From positions 1 through 18,022 of the forward strand of contig JBGQGY010000080.1 of the NCBI GenBank assembly GCA_041497675.1: 18,022 bases of DNA, read 5' to 3'. The position numbers were made by a program, and so were the translations under genes. A model generated the notes under the pieces. It was given only the letters and a program-made list of their open reading frames with translations. It was not told where the DNA came from and searched no databases. This document shows, piece after piece, positions 1 to 8,866 of the stretch. Every line of letters begins with the position of its first letter. The stretch's first letter is position 1. Source of the stretch: a bacterium. Lineage in GTDB: Bacteria; Sysuimicrobiota; Sysuimicrobiia; Sysuimicrobiales; Humicultoraceae.

Positions 1-2
1 GC

Positions 3-191
3 CGATTGCTGTCCGTCGACGAAGCGCCAAAGGTGATCGAGGGCGAATGGGGCTACACGCGAACTGTCCTCCTCGAGTTTCCGTCGGAGGACCAGGCGCC
101 CTCTTGGTATCACTCGGGTGAATATCAAGACTTGGCGCAACATAGGCGTGCCGCCTCAGACGCAAACCTCGTCTTGATCCAGGGGCGATGA
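3..191 (+). CDS. DUF1330-family protein, 3' part (5' end likely outside window)
   Basis: EGEW..TRTVLLEFPS...WYHSGEYQ..R motif typical of DUF1330; stop immediately followed by an attC site. Confidence 0.8.
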   Translation, partial: RLLSVDEAPKVIEGEWGYTRTVLLEFPSEDQAPSWYHSGEYQDLAQHRRAASDANLVLIQGR

Positions 192-192
192 C

Positions 193-270
193 GCCTAACC
201 CTTCGCTGCAGCCGACCTGCTACGGCCGGCTTCGCCAGCCTTCGCAGGCGGCTGAGCTCAAACGTTAGCT
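193..270 (+). mobile_element. attC: Integron attC recombination site (intact, 78 bp)
   Basis: R'' GCCTAAC (193-199), 5-nt spacer, L'' GCTGCAGC (205-212), palindromic centre CGACCTGC...GCAGGCG, L' GCTGAGC (251-257), 6-nt spacer, R' GTTAGCT (264-270); L''/L' pair with one unpaired base. Confidence 0.9.
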
Positions 271-354
271 GGATCGCAGTGAACGTGGCGAGTTCATCGC
301 AAAGCTGGCAGAATCGGGTCGAGACATTGCAAAACGAAGCTGAAGGAGCGAAAC

Positions 355-651
355 ATGCCCATCCTGATCACGGCGGTAGTCCTGGGGCAAACGCAGGAAG
401 GGTACGATGCCACAATCGCCACCTTACGACCGTTGCTGGAACAGACGAAGGGTTTCATCGCTCACGGAGCAGGGATGTCTCCCGAAGGCTGGCGAGTGTT
501 TGAGATTTGGGAAACGCAACAGGACGCCACGGCGTTTTTTGCCAAGTACATCCACCCGAACTTGCCGGCCGGTGTGACGCCAAAGCGCACGTATCTCGAA
601 CTGCATACCCTCATCGTTCAGCCACAGGAAAATCGCCTACCGACGTTGTGA
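355..651 (+). CDS. Hypothetical protein, ABM/dimeric alpha-beta barrel-like (98 aa)
   Basis: GAAGGAG RBS before ATG; GFIAH...GWRVFEIWETQQDA..FF pattern resembles ABM-like proteins. Confidence 0.65.
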   Translation: MPILITAVVLGQTQEGYDATIATLRPLLEQTKGFIAHGAGMSPEGWRVFEIWETQQDATAFFAKYIHPNLPAGVTPKRTYLELHTLIVQPQENRLPTL

Positions 652-663
652 CGACTGCGACCG

Positions 664-774
664 ATGCAGATTGAGAGGCTATACAGTTCGCTTCAGGATC
701 AGCTGCTGGCCCGCCGTCTGGTGATAGCGCGGCATCTTTGGAACAGGGCTGGCATCTTACCGGCGCCCGGCTAA
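664..774 (+). pseudogene. Short ORF or gene tail (36 aa) ending in an attC R'' box
   Basis: MQIERLYSSLQDQLLARRLVIARHLWNRAGILPAPG*; its TAA lies within GGCTAAC. Confidence 0.35.
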
Positions 775-814
775 CAGGCAAATGGAGCCGACGCGCTCGA
801 CGGCCTGTGCGATC
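769..814 (+). mobile_element. Truncated attC (left half only)
   Basis: GGCTAAC-AGGCAA-ATGGAGCCGAC...; R''/L''-like arrangement with no complementary L'/R' downstream. Confidence 0.6.
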
Positions 815-957
815 CAGGTGCGGCTAGAACTGTATCCTCGACCAGACGAGTTCCGAGGAGCGTGTGTGCTGGGGGTCAAATGACGCCGCCGAACCTCAGG
901 GCCCTTGTGGGAAGCGGAGACAGAATTGGATTGCTTGTGTTGCTTTCCTAGCAGAGC

Positions 958-1701
958 GTGAAGATTGCCACTTGGAACGTGAACGGAATTCGTGCCCGCG
1001 CGGCCCAGCTCCGCGAATGGGTCGAGCGCGACCACCCCGAGATCTTGTGCCTTCAGGAACTCAAGGCCGAAGCGGCCCAGATTCCGCCGGAGTGCCGGCT
1101 GCCCGACTACCACGCGTACTGGCACACCCTCAAGGGTTATTCGGGTGTTTCACTGCACATCCGTAGGGATCTCGTTCCGGCAGAGGTAGTCTTCAGCCAC
1201 CCCACCTTCGACATGGAGTCGCGGATCGTACAGGCGGAGGTCGGCGATCTGATCGTCGCCTCGGTGTACGTGCCCAACGGCGGGAAAGACTTCGCCGCGA
1301 AGATCACGTTCCTGAATGCACTGACCGACTGGGTCCGGCGGCTTCATGCCGATGGCCGCCACCTCGTGCTCTGCGGCGACATGAACATCGCGCGCACCGA
1401 GATGGACGTGCACCCGAGGGAACGGAAGCCGAATGCCGTCGGCCAGCTGCCCGAGGAGCGCGCGCTCTTCGAGACCCTGCTGGGCGATCAGCTCGTGGAC
1501 CTCGGGCGCGCCTTCGATCCGGATAACCCCGGCCTCTTTACCTGGTGGGCGCCGTGGCGCAACCTTCGCGCTCGAAACATCGGCTGGCGGCTGGACTACG
1601 TGCTCGCCGCGCCTCCAGTCGCTGCCCGCGCGTCTGGCTGCGTGGTGCTGACCGACGTGGGAACCAGCGACCATGCCCCGGTCGTCCTGACGATGAGCTG
1701 A
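958..1701 (+). CDS. xth: Exodeoxyribonuclease III
   Basis: MKIATWNVNGIRAR, LCLQELK, GYSGV, VYVPNG, CGDMNIA, FTWW, GWRLDY, SDHAPV motifs; GTG start. Confidence 0.95.
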   Translation: MKIATWNVNGIRARAAQLREWVERDHPEILCLQELKAEAAQIPPECRLPDYHAYWHTLKGYSGVSLHIRRDLVPAEVVFSHPTFDMESRIVQAEVGDLIVASVYVPNGGKDFAAKITFLNALTDWVRRLHADGRHLVLCGDMNIARTEMDVHPRERKPNAVGQLPEERALFETLLGDQLVDLGRAFDPDNPGLFTWWAPWRNLRARNIGWRLDYVLAAPPVAARASGCVVLTDVGTSDHAPVVLTMS

Positions 1702-1806
1702 GGTGGGAGCCAACGTTACCGCAGGACCGCTCAGCCGCGGTGGGGAAGGGGTGGGAACGACGCGCTGAAGTGTGTCGACGCTGGATTTCGGCCGGTGGGG
1801 AGGAAG

Positions 1807-2367
1807 ATGGACGTCTTCGATGCCGTTCTGACGAACATCGCCGTGAGGGAATTCACGGATGAATCTCTCAAGGAAGAGCACCTGATCCGGATTCTCGACG
1901 CGGCGAGACTTTGCCAGAGTGGGAAGAATCTGCAACCCTGGTATTTCATCGTCATCCGAGATAGGGGCACACTGGACGCGCTCGCGGAATTGATGAAAGG
2001 CGACGTCGATGAAGCGATCATGAAGAGATCTCACACGGGGATCGCGATCATCTCCGATCCGAAGAGTGAGTTTGACGTTGTCGACGCTGGGAGAGCAGCG
2101 CAAAACATGACTCTCGTCGCGTGGGAGCTCGGCATAGGGTCGGTGTTCATCTCTGGGCCTGAGCCTCCGGAGCGCATACCATATCGTAAGAAGGCGAAGC
2201 AGCTTCTTGGGGTTCCGGACCATCTCAATCTTGTTGATCTGATCGTTTTGGGGTATCCGAAGCGCAGGCGAATGGTCACGCGAAAGAACCGAAAGGAGCT
2301 CAAGGACATTGCCTTCGAGGGAAGATTTGGGCGTCCCACGAGCTTGACCAAAGCCGCAACCTCGTAG
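1807..2367 (+). CDS. Nitroreductase family protein
   Basis: VREF, ILDAARLCQSGKNLQPWYFIVIRD, DAGRAAQNMTLVAWELGIGS, LGYP; GGGAGGA RBS before ATG 1807. Confidence 0.9.
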   Translation: MDVFDAVLTNIAVREFTDESLKEEHLIRILDAARLCQSGKNLQPWYFIVIRDRGTLDALAELMKGDVDEAIMKRSHTGIAIISDPKSEFDVVDAGRAAQNMTLVAWELGIGSVFISGPEPPERIPYRKKAKQLLGVPDHLNLVDLIVLGYPKRRRMVTRKNRKELKDIAFEGRFGRPTSLTKAATS

Positions 2368-2427
2368 CAGTAGTGATCCTCAGACGGTAGAATGCTCGGC
2401 ATCGTGAGGCGCCATCTCTGATATCCG

Positions 2428-3407
2428 GTGGGTGCGGGTAGCGTTCGTGGCCGAGCGCTGATGGCGGCGCTGATCATTGCCGCTGTGTTGGCCAGTGGAT
2501 CCGCGGCACAGGCGATGGAAGTCAGCGTGATTGGCAACACCATGATGCTCTCCGGCCCGGTCGTCGGTGACGAACTTGCGAAGGTCAGAAACATGTTTGC
2601 CCAAAACCCCTCGATCAACTTGGCGGTCCTGCGTAACTTTTGGGGGGGACACGCGCCGACAGGCTATCGGATCGGCGAGCTCTTTCGAGACAGGGGTATG
2701 ACCACCGCGGTGTCCGGCTACTGCGTCTCGTCGTGCTCCCGTATGTTCCTCGGGGGCCGGCAGCGCATGTTTACCGATGACTATCCAGCGTGGCAAACGT
2801 TCGTAGGATTTCACGGTCGCTACGATGCCGCCGGTCGGCTCGACGTCCGCAGCGTGGTTGCCCAGGGTCTCTACCAGTGGATTGTCAAGTATTCGGACGG
2901 CAAGGCCGACGAGGCGCTCGTGCGCCGGTGGATCAATATCGAAAGAGCGGCAGGGGCGGCGAATTTCTTCCATCCTGAGGTGGCAGCGGTCCGCTCGGCG
3001 AGTGTGTTCTTCTGCGATGGGAGTGAAGGAAACCGGCCATTGGGCTGCGAGCGTCTGTCGACAAACGCGCTGGACCGCGGCGTCATTACCGATACACGCC
3101 GCGTTTCCGGCCCCGATCAAGCGACGCTCCCGCATCGTTTGCGCGCGCAAAGCATGCCCGCCAGCGGCTACGCCGCGATCGATGATCTGGGCAAGGTCCC
3201 GCTGGATTCGACCGAAGGACTCGACAACTACCGGCGATTCCTGGACGCGGGTTTTCCGCGTGCGTTTGCCGTGGCCGCGACGCGCCGGCACTGGGCCTGG
3301 AATACCGCGCCAACGATGTCTCTGAGGCGCTGCGTCGCTGCGCGGAACGCGCCGGTCAAGCCTGCACGCTGTACGCGGTAGACGAAACGGTGGTTTACAA
3401 GCCTTAA
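2428..3407 (+). pseudogene. Secreted ClpP/crotonase-like-fold protein with C-terminal Cys domain, frameshifted near 3308
   Basis: Signal peptide (..SAAQA), GG...G, CVSSCSRMFLGG, GFHG; frame 1 stops at 3381 but a shifted frame reads ANDVSEALRRCAERAGQACTLYAVDETVVYKP* to 3407; start may be 2461. Confidence 0.6.
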
Positions 3408-3423
3408 GGACCCCCTTCGGGTC

Positions 3424-4086
3424 ATGAAGCCGCAATCTAACGACAATCTGCGGAGTAGCTATGATGCCGTCGCCGACGAGTACACGTCGCGCATCGCGGC
3501 GGAGCTCGAGCAGAAGCCCTTCGACCGACTGCTTCTCGATCAGTTCGCGGAGCGAGTCCGCGACCTGGGGTGGGTCGCCGACGTCGGCTGCGGCCCTGGC
3601 CACGTCGCGCGCTACCTGCAGGATCGCGGCGCACGTGTAGTTGGCCTCGACCTCTCGCCACGAATGGTTGAGTGCGCCCGGAGACTGCACCCAACCATTG
3701 AGTTCCAGCAGGCGGACATGGAAACGTTGCCGACGCCCAGCGAGGCGTGGGCGGGAATCGTGGCATTCTACTCTCTCATCCACGTCCCGCGTGGTCGCGT
3801 GGTGGCCGCGCTTCGGGGGTTTCGGCGGGTCCTGCAGCCGCGGGGGCTGCTTCTCCTGGCCTTTCATGTCGGCGCAGAAACCGTGCATCTCGACGAGTGG
3901 TGGGGGCATCGGGTTTCGGTTGACTTCGTGCTCTTTCGCTCCGACGAGGTCGAAAGGTATCTGACGGCCGCAGGCTTCGAGGTTGAGCGGTCCACGGAAC
4001 GCGACCCGTATCCGCCGGAGGTTGAGCACCAGAGCCGACGTGGATACATCCTTGCCAGGGCTGTTGCCACAATAGAAGATGTCTAA
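3424..4086 (+). CDS. Class I SAM-dependent methyltransferase
   Basis: SYDAVA, VADVGCGPG, GLDLSPRM, FYSLIH, LQPRGLLLL. Confidence 0.9.
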   Translation: MKPQSNDNLRSSYDAVADEYTSRIAAELEQKPFDRLLLDQFAERVRDLGWVADVGCGPGHVARYLQDRGARVVGLDLSPRMVECARRLHPTIEFQQADMETLPTPSEAWAGIVAFYSLIHVPRGRVVAALRGFRRVLQPRGLLLLAFHVGAETVHLDEWWGHRVSVDFVLFRSDEVERYLTAAGFEVERSTERDPYPPEVEHQSRRGYILARAVATIEDV

Positions 4087-4096
4087 CAAGCGGCTG
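4081..4096 (+). mobile_element. attC remnant (R'' plus start of L'')
   Basis: GTCTAAC-AAGCG-GCTG overlaps the methyltransferase TAA stop, then breaks off into the next RBS. Confidence 0.6.
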
Positions 4097-4109
4097 AGGA
4101 GGGGTGCCT

Positions 4110-4619
4110 ATGACACTCACTGGAGCAGACTATCTGCTACGACTATCAGCACTCGCGGTGTCATTTGTCGGATTTGCAGCGGTGGTCGTGGCTCTGCGGC
4201 GGGCACTAGGAGCTGATCTCTCTGCCCTGCACATGTACTTCGTCCGCTTCTTCATTGAAGGCGGCCTTGCCGTCGCGGCCTTTGGTCTGTTGCCGGGGGC
4301 GCTCTCGTTCACTGGCCTCGCGAACTTGACGATCTGGCGTCTATCAAGTGCAGCGGCAGCATTCATGTTTTCCGTGTACTTCATATTCCTGTTCCGCCGC
4401 AGGCGCCGCGTAACGATCGGTCCAATCCAGCTTCAAACGCGTGTCGCCTTCGCGATGTCCATCACGGCCACACTTGCCTTGTGGGTGAACACCGTCGGGT
4501 TTGGCTTCCAGCCGAGTGCTGCGGCTTATGCGTTGGCGCTCACCTGGTTGTTGGTGGTGGGCGGGTGGGTCTTCGTACAAAATCTCGGGCTCTTTTTCGG
4601 CGAAGCGCCCTCGCGCTAG
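4110..4619 (+). CDS. Hypothetical integral membrane protein (about 5 TM)
   Basis: GAGGAGG RBS before ATG 4110; several hydrophobic segments; LAVSFVGFAAVVVAL. Confidence 0.7.
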   Translation: MTLTGADYLLRLSALAVSFVGFAAVVVALRRALGADLSALHMYFVRFFIEGGLAVAAFGLLPGALSFTGLANLTIWRLSSAAAAFMFSVYFIFLFRRRRRVTIGPIQLQTRVAFAMSITATLALWVNTVGFGFQPSAAAYALALTWLLVVGGWVFVQNLGLFFGEAPSR

Positions 4620-4627
4620 CCACTGAA

Positions 4628-5242
4628 ATGATCACTGCTGAGTTCCTGATCACGTCGCTGATCGTTGTCCTCATTCCAGGAACGGGAGTCGTGTTCACCG
4701 TTTCGACGGGACTGAGTCAGGGCCGAAGAGCGAGTGTGTTCGCAGCGTTAGGATGCACTGCAGGCATCCTGCCCCATCTTCTGGCAACCGTCCTGGGCTT
4801 GGCCGCGCTCATGCACACGAGTGCCGTCGCGTTTCAAGTTTTCAAGTACGCCGGCGTCGCCTACCTGCTATACGTCGCCTATGCGACCTGGAAAGACAAG
4901 TCGGCGCTCGCAGTCGAGGCCGTGTCTTCGAGAAGCACAGCCTCAGGCGTGATCATCAAGGCGTTTCTTATCAATATTCTGAACCCGAAGCTCACGATCT
5001 TCTTTCTTGCCTTTCTGCCGCAGTTCGTCGAGCCAGGTGCATCGTCGCCGCTCGCGCAATTGCTCTTGCTGAGCGGTGTATTCATGGCAATGACGTTCGC
5101 TGTCTTCGTTGCCTACGGCGTCCTGGCTCACGCGTTTCGCCGGGCAGTCATTGAGTCACCTCGGGTACAGTCTCGGTTGCGTCGTGGGTTCGCGGCAACC
5201 TTCGCCGGTCTCGCGGTCAACCTTGCGCTCGCGGAGCGATGA
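4628..5242 (+). CDS. LysE/RhtB family translocator
   Basis: MITAEFLITSLIVVLIPGTG, KYAGVAYLLY, INILNPK, FFLAFLPQF; ATG at 4628. Confidence 0.92.
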   Translation: MITAEFLITSLIVVLIPGTGVVFTVSTGLSQGRRASVFAALGCTAGILPHLLATVLGLAALMHTSAVAFQVFKYAGVAYLLYVAYATWKDKSALAVEAVSSRSTASGVIIKAFLINILNPKLTIFFLAFLPQFVEPGASSPLAQLLLLSGVFMAMTFAVFVAYGVLAHAFRRAVIESPRVQSRLRRGFAATFAGLAVNLALAER

Positions 5243-5243
5243 G

Positions 5244-5255
5244 GCCTAACCTAGG
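5244..5255 (+). mobile_element. Possible collapsed attC remnant
   Basis: GCCTAAC 2 nt after the LysE stop, directly followed by CTAGG and the next RBS. Confidence 0.4.
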
Positions 5256-5265
5256 GGAGATCCTC

Positions 5266-5545
5266 ATGGCACAAGACCGCATGACTCAGCTTCGAGAGTT
5301 TGCCAGCCGATACACCGCTGCTCAAGGTCTATATGAATGATCTGCTCGAGAGACAGGGCAAGGTGATCTACAAATGGATCCTCGAAGGCACCAACAGTGG
5401 ACCTGGTGGTACAGGTAAGCGGGTTCGGATCAGCGGATTCGAAGAGTGGCGGATTGGTGGCGATGGCTTGATCGCTGAATCGCTCGGCAGCTTCGCCGCT
5501 GCCGAGTACCAGCGTCAGGTCCGGTACGGAGTAGATGGCAAATGA
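5266..5545 (+). pseudogene. SnoaL-like/ester cyclase (NTF2-like) gene with internal deletion and frameshift
   Basis: RBS + MAQDRMTQLREFASRYTAA, joined out of frame at about 5321 to LKVYMNDL...WILEGTNSGPGGTGKRVRISGFEEW...AEYQRQ. Confidence 0.7.
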
Positions 5546-7065
5546 TCCCCATGCCCGATATCAAAGTTAATGATCAGCAACTTGACGAGCGACTCTCGCA
5601 ATTGGAACAGGCGCGCCCCTGGAGTCCGCGAGTGATGTCCAGACTTGAGGCATTCATTCGCTCTGCTCCGGATTTGTCTTTGTTCCGCGTCAATCCGGTG
5701 CAGTACGCGGTGGAGCGCAGCATGACCGAAGCCGAGGCGTTGGATCTCTTCTTGCACGCGACCAAAGTTGGAATATTTGAGATGGACTGGCACATCGTGT
5801 GCCCACACTGCGGCTTTGTCATCGACAGCTTGCACAACATGAGCCAGCTCCGCACCCATCATCTGTGCCCGATCTGTGCGGCTGAACGCGATTATGCGCT
5901 GGACGATTATATCCAGATCGCCTTTTCGATTTCACCGCAGGTACGTGACACTCAATACCATCACCCGGAGTCGCTGAGCATAGAAGACCTGTTCTTCAAC
6001 TACCGTCTGAGTCTGGACGTGATCTCTCCGGTGCCGGCAATCCCCTCGTGGCGTGATGTGATGATGCACATCACCAAATATCTGCATTATGTGCAGCCAG
6101 GCGAGAGAGTGACGGCTGAGTTTGAACTGCCGCCAGGCGCTTTGCGGGCCACCGACGGCCGGGCTTGCCTCCAGCTGTCGATGACGCATGAGCAGAATGA
6201 GCAGGCACGCGTGATCCGGATCAGGCTGGTGAACGGGAAATTCCAGTCGGATGATCCAGAGATGCAGCCACGCAGCCTGACTCGTTACACCGCGGAAAAT
6301 CAGCCGGTGCAATTTCGTTTTGATTTGGAGGGGGAGCTGCCCAACGGCAAGTTGGTGCTCGAATTGGAGAATCTGCAGGATCGCCGCAGCGCATTGTGGA
6401 TTTATCACCCCGGGGAGTTGCCGACGCCCGTGCTTGCCTTGAGGCCGAGTTTGAGCGGCAAGAAGCTGCTGACGACGCAAACCTTCCGCGATCTATTCCG
6501 GTCGGAGGTCACCAGCAGGGACGAGACGCTGTCGATCAAGGACATCACCTTCTTGTTCACCGATCTGAAAGGCTCGACAGCCATGTACGAGCAGATCGGC
6601 GACGCTAAAGCCTATTTTCTGGTGCATCAGCACTTCGATGCGCTGAGCCGCGTGATCCGCGATCGGAACGGCGCGATCGTCAAGACGATCGGTGATGCAG
6701 TGATGGCGGTATTCGACAACCCGGTCGAGGCTACCAGCGCTGCCCTTGAGATGATCGACGCGCTCAACGAGTTTAACCACACGATCTCGCAGGAATTGAT
6801 TCTGAAGGTGGGCATCCACCGGGGGCACTCCATCGCCGTGACGGTCAATGAGCGTGTCGACTACTTCGGGCAGACGGTCAATATCGCGGCGCGAGTGCAT
6901 GCCCTTGCCGACGCCAATGAGGTGTACGTCACCGCCGATGTGTACAACTCGCCCGGCGTCAGCGACGCCCTCAAGGCGCATCACGTGGTCCCGGATGAGG
7001 TACTGGTGAAGGGCGTCATCGAGAAACTACAAGTCTATAAGATCGGCCACCATCACAAAGATTGA
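5542..7065 (+). CDS. Class III adenylate/guanylate cyclase with N-terminal DUF5939-like domain
   Basis: CPHC/CPIC pair; TFLFTDLKGST, VKTIGDAVMA, LKVGIHRG, DYFGQTVNIAARV; start may be 5551. Confidence 0.9.
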   Translation: MIPMPDIKVNDQQLDERLSQLEQARPWSPRVMSRLEAFIRSAPDLSLFRVNPVQYAVERSMTEAEALDLFLHATKVGIFEMDWHIVCPHCGFVIDSLHNMSQLRTHHLCPICAAERDYALDDYIQIAFSISPQVRDTQYHHPESLSIEDLFFNYRLSLDVISPVPAIPSWRDVMMHITKYLHYVQPGERVTAEFELPPGALRATDGRACLQLSMTHEQNEQARVIRIRLVNGKFQSDDPEMQPRSLTRYTAENQPVQFRFDLEGELPNGKLVLELENLQDRRSALWIYHPGELPTPVLALRPSLSGKKLLTTQTFRDLFRSEVTSRDETLSIKDITFLFTDLKGSTAMYEQIGDAKAYFLVHQHFDALSRVIRDRNGAIVKTIGDAVMAVFDNPVEATSAALEMIDALNEFNHTISQELILKVGIHRGHSIAVTVNERVDYFGQTVNIAARVHALADANEVYVTADVYNSPGVSDALKAHHVVPDEVLVKGVIEKLQVYKIGHHHKD

Positions 7066-7093
7066 GAAAGAACTCTCCGCGAGGAGGCGTGAA

Positions 7094-7513
7094 GTGGCGA
7101 AGGTAGCGGTGAAAGGTAAGGGCACGGCGACGGATCCGTGGGTGCTGAAGACGCCTCCGGGCACATCGGAGTACAAGATGTATCATGACGAGGCGGCCGA
7201 CCCTCCAGCGCTGGTGTGCATTGTGGGAACAACCAAGCTCGCCTATCACTTAGGCTGCATCGCCGATCTGCACGCCATGCTCAAGAAACACGGTGACTGG
7301 ATGTTGCTCGGCAGCGCTGACGAGCAGAAGCCTGCCGCCGAAGGCACCGTGGAGGCATGGGCGCGGTCTCCCAAGAACCCCGTGAAGGGCTGGTACGGCT
7401 TGAAGAAGGGTCTGCGCGGAAGATTCGCGATGTATGTGCCGCCATTGATGGAGGTGCTGGGCAAGGCGGAGGTGGAGCACAATCCAAAGAACAACCGAAT
7501 GCGGGCCATCTGA
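7094..7513 (+). CDS. Conserved hypothetical protein (DUF6855-like)
   Basis: GAGGAGG RBS, GTG start; GT..DPWVLKTPPGTSEY, GSADEQK, GWYGLKKGLRGRF; family name from recall. Confidence 0.7.
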   Translation: MAKVAVKGKGTATDPWVLKTPPGTSEYKMYHDEAADPPALVCIVGTTKLAYHLGCIADLHAMLKKHGDWMLLGSADEQKPAAEGTVEAWARSPKNPVKGWYGLKKGLRGRFAMYVPPLMEVLGKAEVEHNPKNNRMRAI

Positions 7514-7517
7514 GCGG

Positions 7518-7568
7518 TTCAAAGACACGGAGGGTAATACTCTCGGCGTTGTACTACTTGTGAGCTAG
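7518..7568 (+). pseudogene. 3' fragment of a VOC/glyoxalase gene
   Basis: Reads FKDTEGNTLGVVLLVS*, the C-terminal F.D.EGN motif of VOC proteins; no 5' part present. Confidence 0.5.
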
Positions 7569-7571
7569 ATC

Positions 7572-8087
7572 ATGCCGCGCTACGCAGCATTCCTCCGAGG
7601 CGTCAGCCCGATGAATGCGACGATGCCTGAACTGGGGCGTTGCTTCGAGCTCGCCGGGTTCACCGATGTGAGGACCGTGCTGTCGAGCGGCAACGTCGTG
7701 TTCAGCGCGCGCGCCGCGTCTGAAGCCGCGCTTGAGCGCAAAGCCGAAGCCGCGATGGCGAAACAACTCGGCCGTGCCTTCTACACAATCGTGCGCCCAA
7801 CAAGCGCGTTGCAACAATTGATCGAGAGCGATCCGTACGCCGCCTTCCGCCTGTCCTCAGCGGCGAAGCGAGTCGTGACATTTCTGCGCGAGCCCCACAA
7901 GACGAAACTCTCGCTCCCGCTCGAAGTCGACGGCGCGCGCATCCTCGCCGTGAATGGTTGCGAGGTCTTCACCGCCTACGTTCGAAGCCCGCGTGGACCC
8001 GTGTTCATGACGTTGATCGAGAGGACTTTTGGCGCCAATGTGACCACTCGTACTTGGGACACCGTCAGGAAGTGCGCGACGGCTTGA
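7572..8087 (+). CDS. DUF1697 family protein
   Basis: YAAFLRGV, GFTDVRTVLSSGNVVF, TTRTWDTV. Confidence 0.88.
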   Translation: MPRYAAFLRGVSPMNATMPELGRCFELAGFTDVRTVLSSGNVVFSARAASEAALERKAEAAMAKQLGRAFYTIVRPTSALQQLIESDPYAAFRLSSAAKRVVTFLREPHKTKLSLPLEVDGARILAVNGCEVFTAYVRSPRGPVFMTLIERTFGANVTTRTWDTVRKCATA

Positions 8088-8198
8088 ACTGAATAGGCCC
8101 ATTGAATCACTCACCGAACGGGACCTAAGCGGTATCCCCCCGGAAGGTTCACGATGGAGAACCGCCGAAAGCGGTTCAATCACCACACGGAGGTCACT

Positions 8199-8780
8199 AT
8201 GACACCACCCGTTGATCCCAATACTGTGCTCATGACCGGAGAGAACTCGTTTGTCCGCCTCAGCCCCGATGGCGGCACGACGACGAGCGATGAGTTCAGC
8301 CACTGGCGCGTGCTGTGGTGTCCGGCGGGGCCAGGCCACGCGTTGTTCGCCCGGAGCGAACTGAGTGATGGCCAGGTTCGAATCTACTCGGACAACATCG
8401 CCGTAGCGCGCTGGCTCCAATCGAGGATCGAGGCGGTGCTACAGTCGCCGTTCGCCGACACGAACGCACCCGTGATCGCAGCCCGGTTCGACCGTTCGGG
8501 GGACCCGCGGTCTGCGGCGACGGAGCGGGTCGTGACTCCCGACACGGAGATCCTGCTCACGTGGTACGATTTCATGGAGAGTTTTGTCCTCAATGCGCCA
8601 CCGGGCTTCAACAACCGTCCGCTTGGCGTCTTCTCGACGTTCTTCCCCGCGCGGGCCGCGCAGGCCTCGCTGAACGGCCGGATCGCGAAAGGCAAACCTT
8701 GGCTTCAGATGCGCGGCGATCGTCAGTCCTCGAGTGCGTGCCTGGCCTGGTCGGAGACTTGGGTGCAGCCGAAAGGCTGA
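8199..8780 (+). CDS. Hypothetical protein (193 aa)
   Basis: GGAGG RBS 5 nt before ATG 8199; open frame with plausible composition (MTGEN, SHWRVLWCPAGPGH, LAWSETW). Confidence 0.7.
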   Translation: MTPPVDPNTVLMTGENSFVRLSPDGGTTTSDEFSHWRVLWCPAGPGHALFARSELSDGQVRIYSDNIAVARWLQSRIEAVLQSPFADTNAPVIAARFDRSGDPRSAATERVVTPDTEILLTWYDFMESFVLNAPPGFNNRPLGVFSTFFPARAAQASLNGRIAKGKPWLQMRGDRQSSSACLAWSETWVQPKG

Positions 8781-8866
8781 TTGTTCCAAAGTTCGCACGG
8801 CGCTGAGCGGATGATCGGCCAGTGGTAGCCGGGCTAACGCAGCCGGGCGAGGGAAGGGAATTGACC

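Noticed and set aside
1709..1720. GCCAACGTTACC after xth as a collapsed attC
   Set aside because: Neither half matches the consensus well; could be chance
2380..4089. 569-aa minus-strand ORF
   Set aside because: Antisense shadow of recognisable + strand genes in GC-rich DNA; no motifs
8159..8177. GAACCGC-CGAAA-GCGGTTC hairpin
   Set aside because: 7-bp stem with no U-tract or recognisable RNA motif
8832..8845. GGCTAACGCAGCCG as an attC remnant
   Set aside because: Spacer absent and not adjacent to a clear gene stop; too degenerate
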